A DNA stretch of 34,270 bases from Candidatus Oleincola secundus (GCA_018400815.1 JAGYLS010000012.1:1-34270); one strand, 5' to 3'. Shown: positions 9,320 to 18,510, numbered from the stretch's first letter. The notes: a model not told the origin generated them from the letters alone. Translations and numbers: made by a program.

Positions 9320-9565
9320 TAAATACCTCACCCGCAAAGCGGGTGGCTTTAAGAGGCCTCCAAAAGAGGCTTAATTTTTTGTTATCCATTTCCCTCTGCT
9401 CTTTTCTCTTGTCTCTTATCAATCTTCTAAACGATTCTTCTCAAGTCTTTCCAAGTAATATTGTCTCTTTTTAGGACCTCGGGTAAAATACTTCGGGTGG
9501 TATATCTATAATATCTTTATGGTAAAACAAAATTATTAAAAAATGGTTTTCATTTGATTACAAAT
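9320..9565 (-). mobile_element. Non-autonomous IS200-like element, copy 3 (long form, eroded left end)
   Basis: CACCCGCAAAGCGGGTG and GCCTCCAAAAGAGGC hairpins. Minus-strand remnant EESFRRLIRDKRKEQREMDNKKLSLF resembles the TnpA C-terminus. Confidence 0.72.
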
Positions 9566-9732
9566 CTTTAGACTTATAAGCATTTATGGAACATAATAAT
9601 TAGGGATTTCCCAAAATACTGAAGCAAGTAAAGAAGCCTTTTGTTAGTTATACAAAGATTATATATGAAAACCCAAGAAATTAGCTAACTTATTATTCTA
9701 TTTTATAGATATAATAAATCACTAGTGTACTT

Positions 9733-9760
9733 ATTATATCGAATATTCAATAATTGTCAA
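9733..9760 (-). promoter_or_regulatory. Sigma70-type promoter for the proXWV operon
   Basis: TTGACA-N16-TATAAT on the minus strand. Confidence 0.55.
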
Positions 9761-9784
9761 ATTTTATGAGCCTTGGTATTTGTT

Positions 9785-10915
9785 TTAGTATTCTATGAAT
9801 ATAAAAGAAGAATTATCGGGATAGACTTGGGTATCCTGGTTTAAACTGACTAATGAAGCCTTAACATATTGGTATATTTCACTAACAGTAATTTTACCAT
9901 CTATATTATAATCAGCCGGATAAGGAGCGATAAAATTATCATAACCGCAGCCTTCACAAAGAGAGGCAGAAAAATACCCGTAAGGATTACCGTCAATAGG
10001 ATGGTAAAGTGTTTCCCAGCATTTTTGATCTCCAGAGGCAGAAACAATTACCTTAAATTCCCCTGAAGCTAGATTGCCTTTTGTTGAAATAGAATCATGC
10101 ATGGCGAAAGATTCAAGTACGCTTTCATTAAATTGTCTTAGATTATCAGTGCTTAATATTTCCCGAGAATATAGCTCCTTACCAATAAATCCACCAGAAT
10201 GACAAGAATCAAGTATTACTACTTTTGTCCCGGGAATATTCCCAAGAGCCAGAGCTAATTCATCAACTGTTATATCTTTTGAGGCATTCTCGGCCAGGGC
10301 ATCATAAGGCAATATGGTAATGGTCTCTCCGTCATTATAGCCGTGTCCCGAAAAATAAAAATAAGATATATCACTGCTCTCAGCCTCTAAAAAAGATGAA
10401 TTAATTGACTGCAGTATATTTTTGCGTGTAGCCTGTGCGCCGATAAGGGTATCTATACTTGTAAAAGAATATTGATTATTATCAAAATAAGATTTTTCAA
10501 AGACTTGTCTTATTCGATCCACATCATAAGAAGGTGCTCTTAGATCGGTAATCCCCGGTTCAAGGTATTCATCAACCCCTATGCATAAAGCACGATAATC
10601 TTTTTGAGGAAATAATTCAATGTGCACTGATGTTAGCTGGTTTTGAAATATAGTAATCGACTCTTCCGAGCTCATAGATGGGTCTTCCAAAATCACTTTA
10701 AGCAAATAAGAACCGGGAGAAAGATTTAAAAGTAGAGAAGGAGTTACTTTACCCGAATAAGAACCATCGAGATAGACTTGTGCTCCATTGGGGTTACTGG
10801 TTACATAGAGTGAACCATTGGAAAATAGTGAACACCCGGTTAGCAGAAAAAATATAAATAAAAAAATAATAAACCAAAAAAGAAAAATCTTTTTTTTGCT
10901 GAACATTTTTCTCAC
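9785..10915 (-). CDS. Lipoprotein with PEGA domain and caspase-like (peptidase C14) domain
   Basis: Lipobox LLTGC; PEGA GSLYVTSNPNGAQVYLDG...TP; RALCIGVDEY; catalytic dyad YFSGHG and ILDSCHSG. Confidence 0.9.
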   Translation of the reverse strand: MRKMFSKKKIFLFWFIIFLFIFFLLTGCSLFSNGSLYVTSNPNGAQVYLDGSYSGKVTPSLLLNLSPGSYLLKVILEDPSMSSEESITIFQNQLTSVHIELFPQKDYRALCIGVDEYLEPGITDLRAPSYDVDRIRQVFEKSYFDNNQYSFTSIDTLIGAQATRKNILQSINSSFLEAESSDISYFYFSGHGYNDGETITILPYDALAENASKDITVDELALALGNIPGTKVVILDSCHSGGFIGKELYSREILSTDNLRQFNESVLESFAMHDSISTKGNLASGEFKVIVSASGDQKCWETLYHPIDGNPYGYFSASLCEGCGYDNFIAPYPADYNIDGKITVSEIYQYVKASLVSLNQDTQVYPDNSSFIFIEY

Positions 10916-10985
10916 CTTGCCTTGTAATATTTAATAAAATAAAAACTGATAAACCAAAGAAAAACTAATAATCTTAAAATCGGAT

Positions 10986-11020
10986 ATTGGGAACAGATCC
11001 CAAGATACCTGTCCCCATAT
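10986..11020. repeat. REP-like palindrome downstream of mntP
   Basis: ATTGGGAACAGATCCCAAGATACCTGTCCCCATAT, a near reverse complement of 11602..11636. Confidence 0.7.
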
Positions 11021-11583
11021 TAAAATGAATAAATATGCTGTACTAATACCTGAATACCAATCAGTATTAGGATAATACCACCAACCAGCTCTGCATATTT
11101 TTCCACCAAACAGCCTAATATTTTTCCTATCTTAACACCTATTAAAGATAAAAGGAAAGTTATCAAACCAATAATAATAATAATTGGCAGAATATCCACT
11201 TCTAATATCGATAGGCTCACACCAGCAATAAAGGCATCAATACTAACTGCGGTTGCCAGAAATAATAGTACTGATGTCTTGTTAAAATTAATAGGCTTAC
11301 ATCTTTCCTTATTCTGAAAAGATTCATAAATCATTTTTCCTCCAATAGCCAGTAAAAGCACAAAAGCAACCCAATGATCATAGCGTGCTATATATTGTTC
11401 TATACTTTTACCCAACCACCAGCCAAGCCAGGGCATCACCATCTGAAAAACTGCAAAAAATAGAGCAATTTTAAAAGCATAGACAAAACTAACTGAGCGT
11501 GAAACGATACCACCGGTAATCGAAACAGCAAAAGCATCCATAGCCAAGCCAATCCCTAAAAACGCTGCTGATAAAAAAGACAT
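11020..11583 (-). CDS. mntP: Manganese efflux pump MntP (true start ATG 11583; the ORF-track 5' extension is spurious)
   Basis: MSFLSAAFLGIGLAMDAFAVS, FQMVMPWLGW, DHWVAFVLL, AVSIDAF and AELVGGIILILIG. RBS GGGGAG upstream of 11583. Confidence 0.93.
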   Translation of the reverse strand: MSFLSAAFLGIGLAMDAFAVSITGGIVSRSVSFVYAFKIALFFAVFQMVMPWLGWWLGKSIEQYIARYDHWVAFVLLLAIGGKMIYESFQNKERCKPINFNKTSVLLFLATAVSIDAFIAGVSLSILEVDILPIIIIIGLITFLLSLIGVKIGKILGCLVEKYAELVGGIILILIGIQVLVQHIYSF

Positions 11584-11601
11584 CTTTATTATTCTCCCCG
11601 G

Positions 11602-11636
11602 ATATGGGGACAGGTCCCTTGGGGCCTGTCCCCAAT
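11602..11636. repeat. REP-like palindrome upstream of mntP
   Basis: ATATGGGGACAGGTCCCTTGGGGCCTGTCCCCAAT; stem TGGGGACAGGTCCC/GGGGCCTGTCCCCA is near-perfect. Confidence 0.75.
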
Positions 11637-11752
11637 TTAAATACCTAAACAATTTTAGCAAATAATGCACAATAGGTCTACTTTTAAAATAAATGAATCG
11701 TATTTCCCTATGATATACTTTAGTATAAGACATTAGAAAGAGAGGTATTAAT

Positions 11753-12262
11753 ATGAACTGGATATTGTTTATAATAGGTAGAAACTGGGCTCAAAGAATC
11801 ATTGTCCTGGGGGCTATTGCATTATATCTTTATTTATTAATTAGTAAACCGGAAATTGCCAGAAAGGGATTTAGAGGGGCACTATCTTCTTTTTTTGGTC
11901 TCGTTCCCCTAATATTTGCAGCTCTTCTTATAGCACAGGCAATCAATATCTTGCTGCCTGATGAGCTAATTATAAGATGGTTTGGCAAAGAAAGCGGGAT
12001 AAAGGGGATTCTGACTGGAGGAATTTTGGCCGGACTGTTACAGGGTGGTCCATATGCAGTTTATCCCATTATCCAATCACTATTTCAAAAAGGGGCACAT
12101 ATAAGTATTGTTGTAACTATGCTTATTGGATATGGAGCGATTGGGTTGAGCCGTATCGCCTATGATTTTATTTTTTTTGAACCTCAGATTATTGGATTAA
12201 GGCTCCTATTTGCTATTCCGTTAACAATTATATCAGGAATTATTTTGTACTTTATTCTGTAG
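11753..12262 (+). CDS. Predicted permease (DUF318/ArsP-like small subunit)
   Basis: Multi-TM protein with LLPDELIIRWFGKESGIKG and LQGGPYAVYP. Confidence 0.7.
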   Translation: MNWILFIIGRNWAQRIIVLGAIALYLYLLISKPEIARKGFRGALSSFFGLVPLIFAALLIAQAINILLPDELIIRWFGKESGIKGILTGGILAGLLQGGPYAVYPIIQSLFQKGAHISIVVTMLIGYGAIGLSRIAYDFIFFEPQIIGLRLLFAIPLTIISGIILYFIL

Positions 12263-12310
12263 ATTAAAAAACAAGGTTTTACTGAAAACCGTTTTACTGG
12301 CAATTACACC

Positions 12311-12353
12311 CACAGTACTTTGACTCAATACACAATACTCACGACGCAATACG
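12311..12353. repeat. Degenerate heptamer array (CNCAATA)
   Basis: CACAGTA CTTTGA CTCAATA CACAATA CTCACGA CGCAATA CG. Confidence 0.4.
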
Positions 12354-12367
12354 AATTGTTAAAACAT

Positions 12368-12397
12368 TTGACAATAAATATTTAATTTCTATATGAT
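12368..12397 (+). promoter_or_regulatory. Possible sigma70 promoter
   Basis: TTGACA-N18-TATGAT upstream of 12512. Confidence 0.4.
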
Positions 12398-12511
12398 AAC
12401 AAATAATACTAAATATCTAATTTTTTTGTTTCACTATTTTTCTTTGATGTTAAATCAACCTAGCTTATTTGTTTATTAAAATTAAATAATTTCAGGAAAT
12501 AATAAGAACAA

Positions 12512-12949
12512 ATGAATAATAAATCAAAACAAAAGTATCAATTTAATCAAAATTTTAAGCCTAGAATTCCAAAAAGAAGTCATGTTTCAACATTTGACTT
12601 TTTCTTAGTTATCTTTTTAATTGTACTGGTATTCTATCTTTTTCAATATAGTGATATAGATAAAATACTTATTGCAGCAATAGTTGCCCTGGTAGGAATA
12701 GGCATTGAAATGTTTAGTCATATATTTACTTATGTGCTAACCCTAATCCAGTCCATCCCTTATATCGGGCCTATGATCGCCAAAGTAATAACCTGGCCAA
12801 TTTTTGTAACATTGAATGTCATGGCTTATTTTGTTTCCTTAATTGTTATTCGTTTTAAAGGAATAGCAATGGTTAAAGATGCCCGTATTTTAACCACTAT
12901 TTTCCTGATCGGCCTGCTGCTCGGCTTTATCCTGGGACGTTTATTCTGA
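12512..12949 (+). CDS. Hypothetical membrane protein (~4 TM)
   Basis: Hydrophobic segments including IPYIGPMIAKVITWPIF; upstream promoter; 9-nt convergent overlap with plsX. Confidence 0.7.
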   Translation: MNNKSKQKYQFNQNFKPRIPKRSHVSTFDFFLVIFLIVLVFYLFQYSDIDKILIAAIVALVGIGIEMFSHIFTYVLTLIQSIPYIGPMIAKVITWPIFVTLNVMAYFVSLIVIRFKGIAMVKDARILTTIFLIGLLLGFILGRLF

Positions 12950-13942
12950 TTTAAAATTAAGTGCCTTAAGATGTTCCAGGCCATTATTCTCGATAAATAT
13001 ACAGGCATTGTGTAAGGCATTTTTAATTGCTATAGCCTTAGATCTTCCATGACATATAAAACACAACCCATTTACTCCCAACAATGGTGCACCACCATAG
13101 GTTTTATAATCTCTTTTTATGGCATATTCAGATAATTTTTCTTTCAATAAGCCGGTCGTCTGATCCTTCGGCAGTTTTTCCAGAATACTTACGCTAAAAT
13201 CAGTCATAAACATCTTCGCAAGGCCTTCAACTGTTTTCAGAAAAATATTGCCTATAAACCCATCACATACAATTACATCTGCTAATCCTAAGAAAATTCC
13301 TCTACCTTCAATGTTCCCTACAAAATTAAGGTCATCTCTCTTGGAAAGCAATTCGTAAGTTTCTCTACTGACCCGATTCCCTTTGGTCTTTTCTTCTCCA
13401 ATATTCAACAGGGCTACTTCAGGATTCTCGATTTGGAGTTCAGCTCGGGCATAAGCAGAGCCCATCAAAGCAAAATGAAGCAGGTGTACAGGCTTACAAT
13501 CAACATTGGCACCCATATCCAGAATAATTTTTTTGCCTTTCAATGTAGGAATAACAGCCGCAATGGCTGGACGTTTAATATTATTAATACATCCCAGTTT
13601 AAAAAGGGCTGCCGCCATCACTGCCCCGCTGTTACCGGCTGAGATAAAGGCCTCTGTTTCTCCATTTTTAAGTAAATCCATACCAGTCATAATCGGGGAA
13701 TTTCTTTTACCCCTAATAACTTCGGTTGGTAAGGTATCGCCATTAATTATATCAGGACAGTCTACTATCTGGACTTTCTCTCTTTTAAACGGGTATTTTT
13801 CTAATCCATTCTCAATTAATCTTTTTTCCCCTAACAGGGTGATATCACAATCGTGTTCCTGTAAAAAAAATGAAGCTCCTTTTAAGGTTTCCTCAGGGCT
13901 ATAATCTCCACCCATAATATCCAGTGCAATATTCAAATACAA
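12941..13942 (-). CDS. plsX: Phosphate acyltransferase PlsX
   Basis: IALDIMGGDYSP, ISAGNSGA, LDMGANVD, LLNIGEEKTKG, CDGFIGN and GGAPLLGVNG...HGRS. Confidence 0.96.
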   Translation of the reverse strand: MYLNIALDIMGGDYSPEETLKGASFFLQEHDCDITLLGEKRLIENGLEKYPFKREKVQIVDCPDIINGDTLPTEVIRGKRNSPIMTGMDLLKNGETEAFISAGNSGAVMAAALFKLGCINNIKRPAIAAVIPTLKGKKIILDMGANVDCKPVHLLHFALMGSAYARAELQIENPEVALLNIGEEKTKGNRVSRETYELLSKRDDLNFVGNIEGRGIFLGLADVIVCDGFIGNIFLKTVEGLAKMFMTDFSVSILEKLPKDQTTGLLKEKLSEYAIKRDYKTYGGAPLLGVNGLCFICHGRSKAIAIKNALHNACIFIENNGLEHLKALNFKSE

Positions 13943-14064
13943 TCCCCCCTTATTACCTGCTTCTAAGAACAGGTAAAATGATTAATAATTTTATTATAAT
14001 GATTGTAACACTGAATATCAAAAAAACAATAATGAAGAAGATATTTTTTAATCATCTATGTAAC

Positions 14065-14151
14065 CTAATATTCTTCTTTTAAATCTCTTTCTATAATATG
14101 GTCATCGATAATAGTGACTATTTCTTCTTTAAATTTATTTGTGTTTTCCAT
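14065..14151 (-). CDS. Putative 28-aa acidic small ORF or gene remnant
   Basis: RBS AAGGAGAG followed by MENTNKFKEEIVTIIDDHIIERDLKEEY*. Confidence 0.3.
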   Translation of the reverse strand: MENTNKFKEEIVTIIDDHIIERDLKEEY

Positions 14152-14251
14152 TTCTTCTCTCCTTCTTCCTATTTTTTACAGCTATCATTAGCTATTTATG
14201 AACTTCTTATATGCATATACAAGTAAAAAGAAAGAATAAATGGAAACTAGT

Positions 14252-14662
14252 TTAAAAAATATTTTTGGATTTAAGAATAAAATTAACTTTATCAATATTT
14301 AAATCACCGGCTAGTTCCATAACTGCGGCAATATATTCAAAACAAACTTCCTTATCAGCATAAACCTCAATTCCTTTGTCAAATATAGCTTTGTCCTGTT
14401 CATAAAAATAATTATAAATTTCATCCCAGGATATCAATTTATTATCCAAAAAAATCTGTCCGGTTTTATCCATATACAAAATAACCGGAAATTTTTCCGT
14501 TTCTGATTCTAAACTAACCTCAGGTAGCCTAATAGTTGCCCTGGTCTGACTATCGTCCAATGTAGAAGCAACCATAAAAAATATCAATAATAGAAAAATA
14601 ACATCAATTAAGGGAGCCAGATTTATTTCCAAATCTGCTTTTTTAATCTTGTATTTGCGCAT
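14252..14662 (-). CDS. exbD: Biopolymer transport protein ExbD/TolR
   Basis: EINLAPLIDVIFLLLIFFMV. ATG 14662 has RBS AGGTGA (ORF track extends to 14671). Confidence 0.92.
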   Translation of the reverse strand: MRKYKIKKADLEINLAPLIDVIFLLLIFFMVASTLDDSQTRATIRLPEVSLESETEKFPVILYMDKTGQIFLDNKLISWDEIYNYFYEQDKAIFDKGIEVYADKEVCFEYIAAVMELAGDLNIDKVNFILKSKNIF

Positions 14663-15269
14663 ATCCATCACCTAGCTTTTGAGCATAGTTAATTAATTCT
14701 ATTTCTCTTTTTTCACTATGATTAATTATATATTCCAATTTATTCCTAAAATAATAGTAAGCTGCCAAAGTGGGAATCGAGATTATTAATCCAAAAGCTG
14801 TTGTTGTCAAAGCTTCGGAAATACCCTGGGCTAACTGTTGGGATTCAACATTAATAGATAAAAAATGAAATATCTTAATCATGCCGATTACTGTTCCCAA
14901 TAAACCCAAAGATGGACTCATCTTGCCAATAAAATGGAGCATGGCTAAACGCCTTTCCATTCGAGGGAACTCGAGCATCTTCATCTCTTCCATCTCTCTC
15001 TCCATTTCCTGGCATCCCTTTGCCCAACTTTTAATGCCTTTCGTTAAAACCCGATCAATAGGGTTTCGTGAATATTCAAACAAAGTCAGGGCATTTTCTG
15101 TATTGCCTGTTCTTAAATCTTCCCTGAGTTGTTGCATCATTCTTTCCGGGATCTCCCGCCTTATCCTGCTAAAATACAAAAAACGTTCCAGCATAATAGC
15201 AAGAGCAATAATTGAAAAAATTAACAGAGGATACATAATAACTCCTCCTTGCTGAATAAGTTCATTCAT
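14643..15269 (-). CDS. exbB: MotA/TolQ/ExbB proton channel
   Basis: GGVIMYPL, SPSLGLLGTVIGMI and GISEALTTTAFGLIISIP. ATG 15269 follows RBS GAGGTG. Confidence 0.92.
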   Translation of the reverse strand: MNELIQQGGVIMYPLLIFSIIALAIMLERFLYFSRIRREIPERMMQQLREDLRTGNTENALTLFEYSRNPIDRVLTKGIKSWAKGCQEMEREMEEMKMLEFPRMERRLAMLHFIGKMSPSLGLLGTVIGMIKIFHFLSINVESQQLAQGISEALTTTAFGLIISIPTLAAYYYFRNKLEYIINHSEKREIELINYAQKLGDGYAQIQD

Positions 15270-15290
15270 ATAGAACACCTCTTTCTATTC

Positions 15291-16169
15291 TCATTTCAAT
15301 CGAAATACTACCGGAATCAATACCCAACTGTCCCTATCGATATTTCCTAATTTTGCAGGCTCAAATTGCCATTTATATATAGATCGCACCGCTTCTTGAT
15401 CAAAATCCTTATAACCAGAAGAAGTGTGCATTTCTACTTGAATAGTTTTGCCTTCTTTATTGATTAATACCTTCAACTGAACTTTTCCCTCAATTTCCCT
15501 CTTTCTTAGATTTTCCGGATATCTTGGCTTAAAAATAGAAATAATTTTGGGTGGAAGAATATTATTATCTGAAAAGTTAGCCTGGGTTAAATCAAGAGGC
15601 TGTTTTTCCGGCAATGATTTACTCTCATTGCACTTTTTATCAATATTCTTATTATCTAAATCATGTTCAATTGCGTTTAAACCTTTTTTATCTTCTAATA
15701 ACCCTTCTTTTTTCTCCTGGATTAACTTATCTTCTTTTTTGCTCTGCTTAGTCTCTTTCTCTTTAATTAAATTCTTTTCTTTTATTTCCTCCTTTATCGC
15801 TGGATTTTCCTTTTCAATCTGGCTAATCATCTTTTTTCCTACCTCTTCCAAATGATTATTGTCTTGAGAAATAGATTCTGGCTCATCTTGCATTTCCAGA
15901 ATTTCCTTATTATTTGAAATATCGGAAATTGTATCCAATATTTCCTTTTGGGGTTTAAGAAAATTTTCTTGCAAGTCATTTTCCGCTTCCGCTACACTAC
16001 TGTTTGAAGAAGAAAAAAATGTCATCTTACTAGAACAGATAATATGATCTTCTTCGGACTGATTATTCCTAATGTCAATTCTTGCAGCCAGAAAATGAAT
16101 CGCCCAAAGATGAAAAACTATTGAAACTAACAGAGTAATATAAATGAATTTATTTTTCATTTGTTTCAC
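15291..16169 (-). CDS. tonB: Energy transducer TonB
   Basis: N-terminal TM with SxxxH (SIVFH); charged linker; C-terminal PRYP...EGKV...SSGYKDFDQEA...WQFEPA. Confidence 0.92.
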   Translation of the reverse strand: MKQMKNKFIYITLLVSIVFHLWAIHFLAARIDIRNNQSEEDHIICSSKMTFFSSSNSSVAEAENDLQENFLKPQKEILDTISDISNNKEILEMQDEPESISQDNNHLEEVGKKMISQIEKENPAIKEEIKEKNLIKEKETKQSKKEDKLIQEKKEGLLEDKKGLNAIEHDLDNKNIDKKCNESKSLPEKQPLDLTQANFSDNNILPPKIISIFKPRYPENLRKREIEGKVQLKVLINKEGKTIQVEMHTSSGYKDFDQEAVRSIYKWQFEPAKLGNIDRDSWVLIPVVFRLK

Positions 16170-16184
16170 TTCTCAATATTCCAG

Positions 16185-16458
16185 TAAATATCGCACCCGC
16201 GTAGCGGGTGGCTTTAAGAAGCCTCTAAAAGGGGCTTAACTTTTTATTATCCAGTTTTTTCTATAGTCTTTTCTCTTGATCTCTTAGCAATCTTTTATAC
16301 TATTTTTACCAAGTCCATCCAAGCAAAATTTAATATTGCCTTATTTAGGAGTTCAGGTAAAAAATATTTCAGTTAGCCCATCCTTATCTTTATGGTAAAA
16401 CCAATTTATTTAACCATTACCACTTTCAAAGAAGGTGGTTTTTTATGGTTAAATAAAA
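16185..16458 (-). mobile_element. Non-autonomous IS200-like element, copy 4 (longest), between btuB and tonB
   Basis: Both terminal hairpins intact. Left end on the minus strand is TTTATTTAACCAT-AAAAA-ACCACCTTCTTTGAAAGTGGT-A-ATGGTTAAATAAA. Remnant KRLLRDQEKR..KLDNKKLSPF. Confidence 0.8.
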
Positions 16459-16493
16459 GACAGAGACAATATGATTGGTCTCTGTCTTTTATT
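16453..16493 (-). terminator. Intrinsic terminator-like hairpin after btuB
   Basis: AAAAGACAGAGAC...GTCTCTGTCTTTT; its T-tract overlaps the end of element copy 4. Confidence 0.75.
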
Positions 16494-16499
16494 ATTTAA

Positions 16500-18392
16500 T
16501 CAAAAATCGGTGCGAATCCCCACCATAAATGTCCTTCCCTGAATAGGATAACCACTGACTAATTCAGTCTTTTGATTTAGTATATTTTTGATGCTAAAAT
16601 TCAGTTGAACTTTTTTATTCGTTTCCACATCCACAGTCACATCTCTGGTAATATTTCCATCAAATAAATAATAATTTTCCAGTTTATCCGGTCGACCTGT
16701 TACAATATAACCATCTAAACCTATAGAAAAATCATCTTCATGATCGCCAACCTGATTAAAATAGGTCAAACCTAAACCATATTTATGTTTTGCTTTTAAT
16801 TGTGTGTCTGTATTAAGATCTCTGGCATTCAGATAGGTATAATTAATATTCCCCAAAAAATGTTCATCAATTTCTTTCTTTAGGATTACCTCTGCTCCAC
16901 CAACACGTGCTGACCCGATATTAGAAGGACGCCAGACCCCTTCAGAATCAGTAGCCCAATTAATTAAATCATTGACATTTTTTCGGAAGATATTTAGCTC
17001 AGCCTGAGTGTCTCCTTCTTCATTGATAAAATGCAATCCAACCTCATAAGCCCAGGCAGTTTCCGGTAATAAATTGGGGTTACCGCCTACATAACCATCT
17101 TCGGGCCAATAAAGATCATCATAAGTAGGTGCCCGATAAGCTCGGCCTACAGAGGCATGAATGCTCAGCTCATCCTGTAAACGATAAGAAATTCCTATAC
17201 GGGGATTAAATTGTCCCCCAAAGATTTGGTGATAATCATAACGCAAGCCTGCAGTAATTGATAAATCCCTTTCCTCTGCCGGTAGCCAGACATCTTGAAT
17301 AAAGACTGCGCCATTTAAATCCTGTTGAGTTCCAATATCTGTACTATCTAGCGAATGCTGTTTAATCTCTCCACCCCAGGTAAAAGTATGATCACTTTCT
17401 ATATTTTCATTATTAAAACTGAAGTTATAATGGGTGTTGTCAAAAGATAACCCGATGGTATGGGTTTTATGAATACTGGCCCCGGCGTGTCCCCATTCAT
17501 CCGGATTGTCATAATAAAGACGGTGAAAATCATACCAGGCCATTATGTTGATGTCTTTATCCTCTTCTCTTTTCTGCCATTTAAAATTCAAATTAAAATT
17601 CCGGTCATCTTGCTGGGCATTGGGAGTGGGGTAATCAAGAGAACCAGGTAATCCCCTTTGATAATCATGGTAACGAATGGCTAAATACAAATCTGTCTGT
17701 TGGTCAACCTCTTTGGAAATTTTCCCCATTAAAGAAACTTTATCTAATTGGCTGTTCTCTCGATCCCCTTCTGTTTTATAATATCCACCGGTAAAAAAAT
17801 AACCCATATCATCGCTTTTATTCTGGTAAGAAGCCTGGTATTTTTGAGTGGAATAGCTCCCGTAATTAACCCCTGCTGTTCCTTTTTTCTCCTCTTCCCC
17901 ACTTTTAGTAATAATATTAATTACGCCACCTAAGGCATTGGCTCCATAGAGGGCAGAAGCCGGTCCCCGATATACTTCAATCTTTTTAATCATATCTGAC
18001 GGAATCAAACCCAGGTCAATTTTGCCAGTTTGCGGATCATTGACCACTTGACCGTCTATCATAATCAGGACTTGTTCCGGTGAAGAACCGCGAATACTGA
18101 TTGCCTTAACATCTCCCTGAGAACCATAGTCCATTATCTCAAGACCAGCTATGTTTCTAATAATTCCGGCCAGGTTTTCTGATTGGGAAATAGCAATTTC
18201 TTCTCTTGAAATTACTTCTACACTAGCAATTGAATCCAGCAAATCTTCTGGATATTTTGAGGCAATAACCACAATCTCTTCCATAATAAATAATGGCTCC
18301 TGTTGCTTGGTAGCAAAGACTTGCATACAAATGGAAAAAATACTAATACAAATTAGCAGACACATAAAAACAAATTTGAATTTTCTTGGCAT
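16500..18392 (-). CDS. btuB: TonB-dependent outer-membrane receptor, BtuB-like
   Basis: Plug motifs ISIRGS...VLIMIDG and IEVYRGPASALYGANALGGVINIITK; GNPNLLPE; NILN..GRTF; C-terminal Phe; upstream cobalamin riboswitch. Confidence 0.88.
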   Translation of the reverse strand: MPRKFKFVFMCLLICISIFSICMQVFATKQQEPLFIMEEIVVIASKYPEDLLDSIASVEVISREEIAISQSENLAGIIRNIAGLEIMDYGSQGDVKAISIRGSSPEQVLIMIDGQVVNDPQTGKIDLGLIPSDMIKKIEVYRGPASALYGANALGGVINIITKSGEEEKKGTAGVNYGSYSTQKYQASYQNKSDDMGYFFTGGYYKTEGDRENSQLDKVSLMGKISKEVDQQTDLYLAIRYHDYQRGLPGSLDYPTPNAQQDDRNFNLNFKWQKREEDKDINIMAWYDFHRLYYDNPDEWGHAGASIHKTHTIGLSFDNTHYNFSFNNENIESDHTFTWGGEIKQHSLDSTDIGTQQDLNGAVFIQDVWLPAEERDLSITAGLRYDYHQIFGGQFNPRIGISYRLQDELSIHASVGRAYRAPTYDDLYWPEDGYVGGNPNLLPETAWAYEVGLHFINEEGDTQAELNIFRKNVNDLINWATDSEGVWRPSNIGSARVGGAEVILKKEIDEHFLGNINYTYLNARDLNTDTQLKAKHKYGLGLTYFNQVGDHEDDFSIGLDGYIVTGRPDKLENYYLFDGNITRDVTVDVETNKKVQLNFSIKNILNQKTELVSGYPIQGRTFMVGIRTDF

Positions 18393-18476
18393 TTTTTATT
18401 TTTCTCTCCTTTAAAAATTAATAATTTTCACGAAATTGTCCCTTTTAGACATCATCCTCCTTTTATTTTTATAAAA

Positions 18477-18510
18477 CAAAAAAGCTGCCTCCTCTTTCAA
18501 GAAGGCAGCT
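18477..18510 (-). terminator. Riboswitch expression-platform terminator
   Basis: Minus strand AGCTGCCTTCTTGAAAGAGGAGGCAGC followed by TTTTTT. Confidence 0.8.

Noticed and set aside
9254..9730. c-di-AMP (ydaO) riboswitch expected ahead of an osmolyte transporter
   Set aside because: No recognisable conserved motifs; the structured part is element copy 3.
11714..11727. TATACT-TT-AGTATA palindrome between mntP and the divergent permease
   Set aside because: Short and AT-rich; could be back-to-back -10 boxes or chance, so not supportable as an operator.
11584..11733. 50-aa N-terminal extension of MntP
   Set aside because: It reads through the REP palindrome. The family start and an RBS are at 11583.
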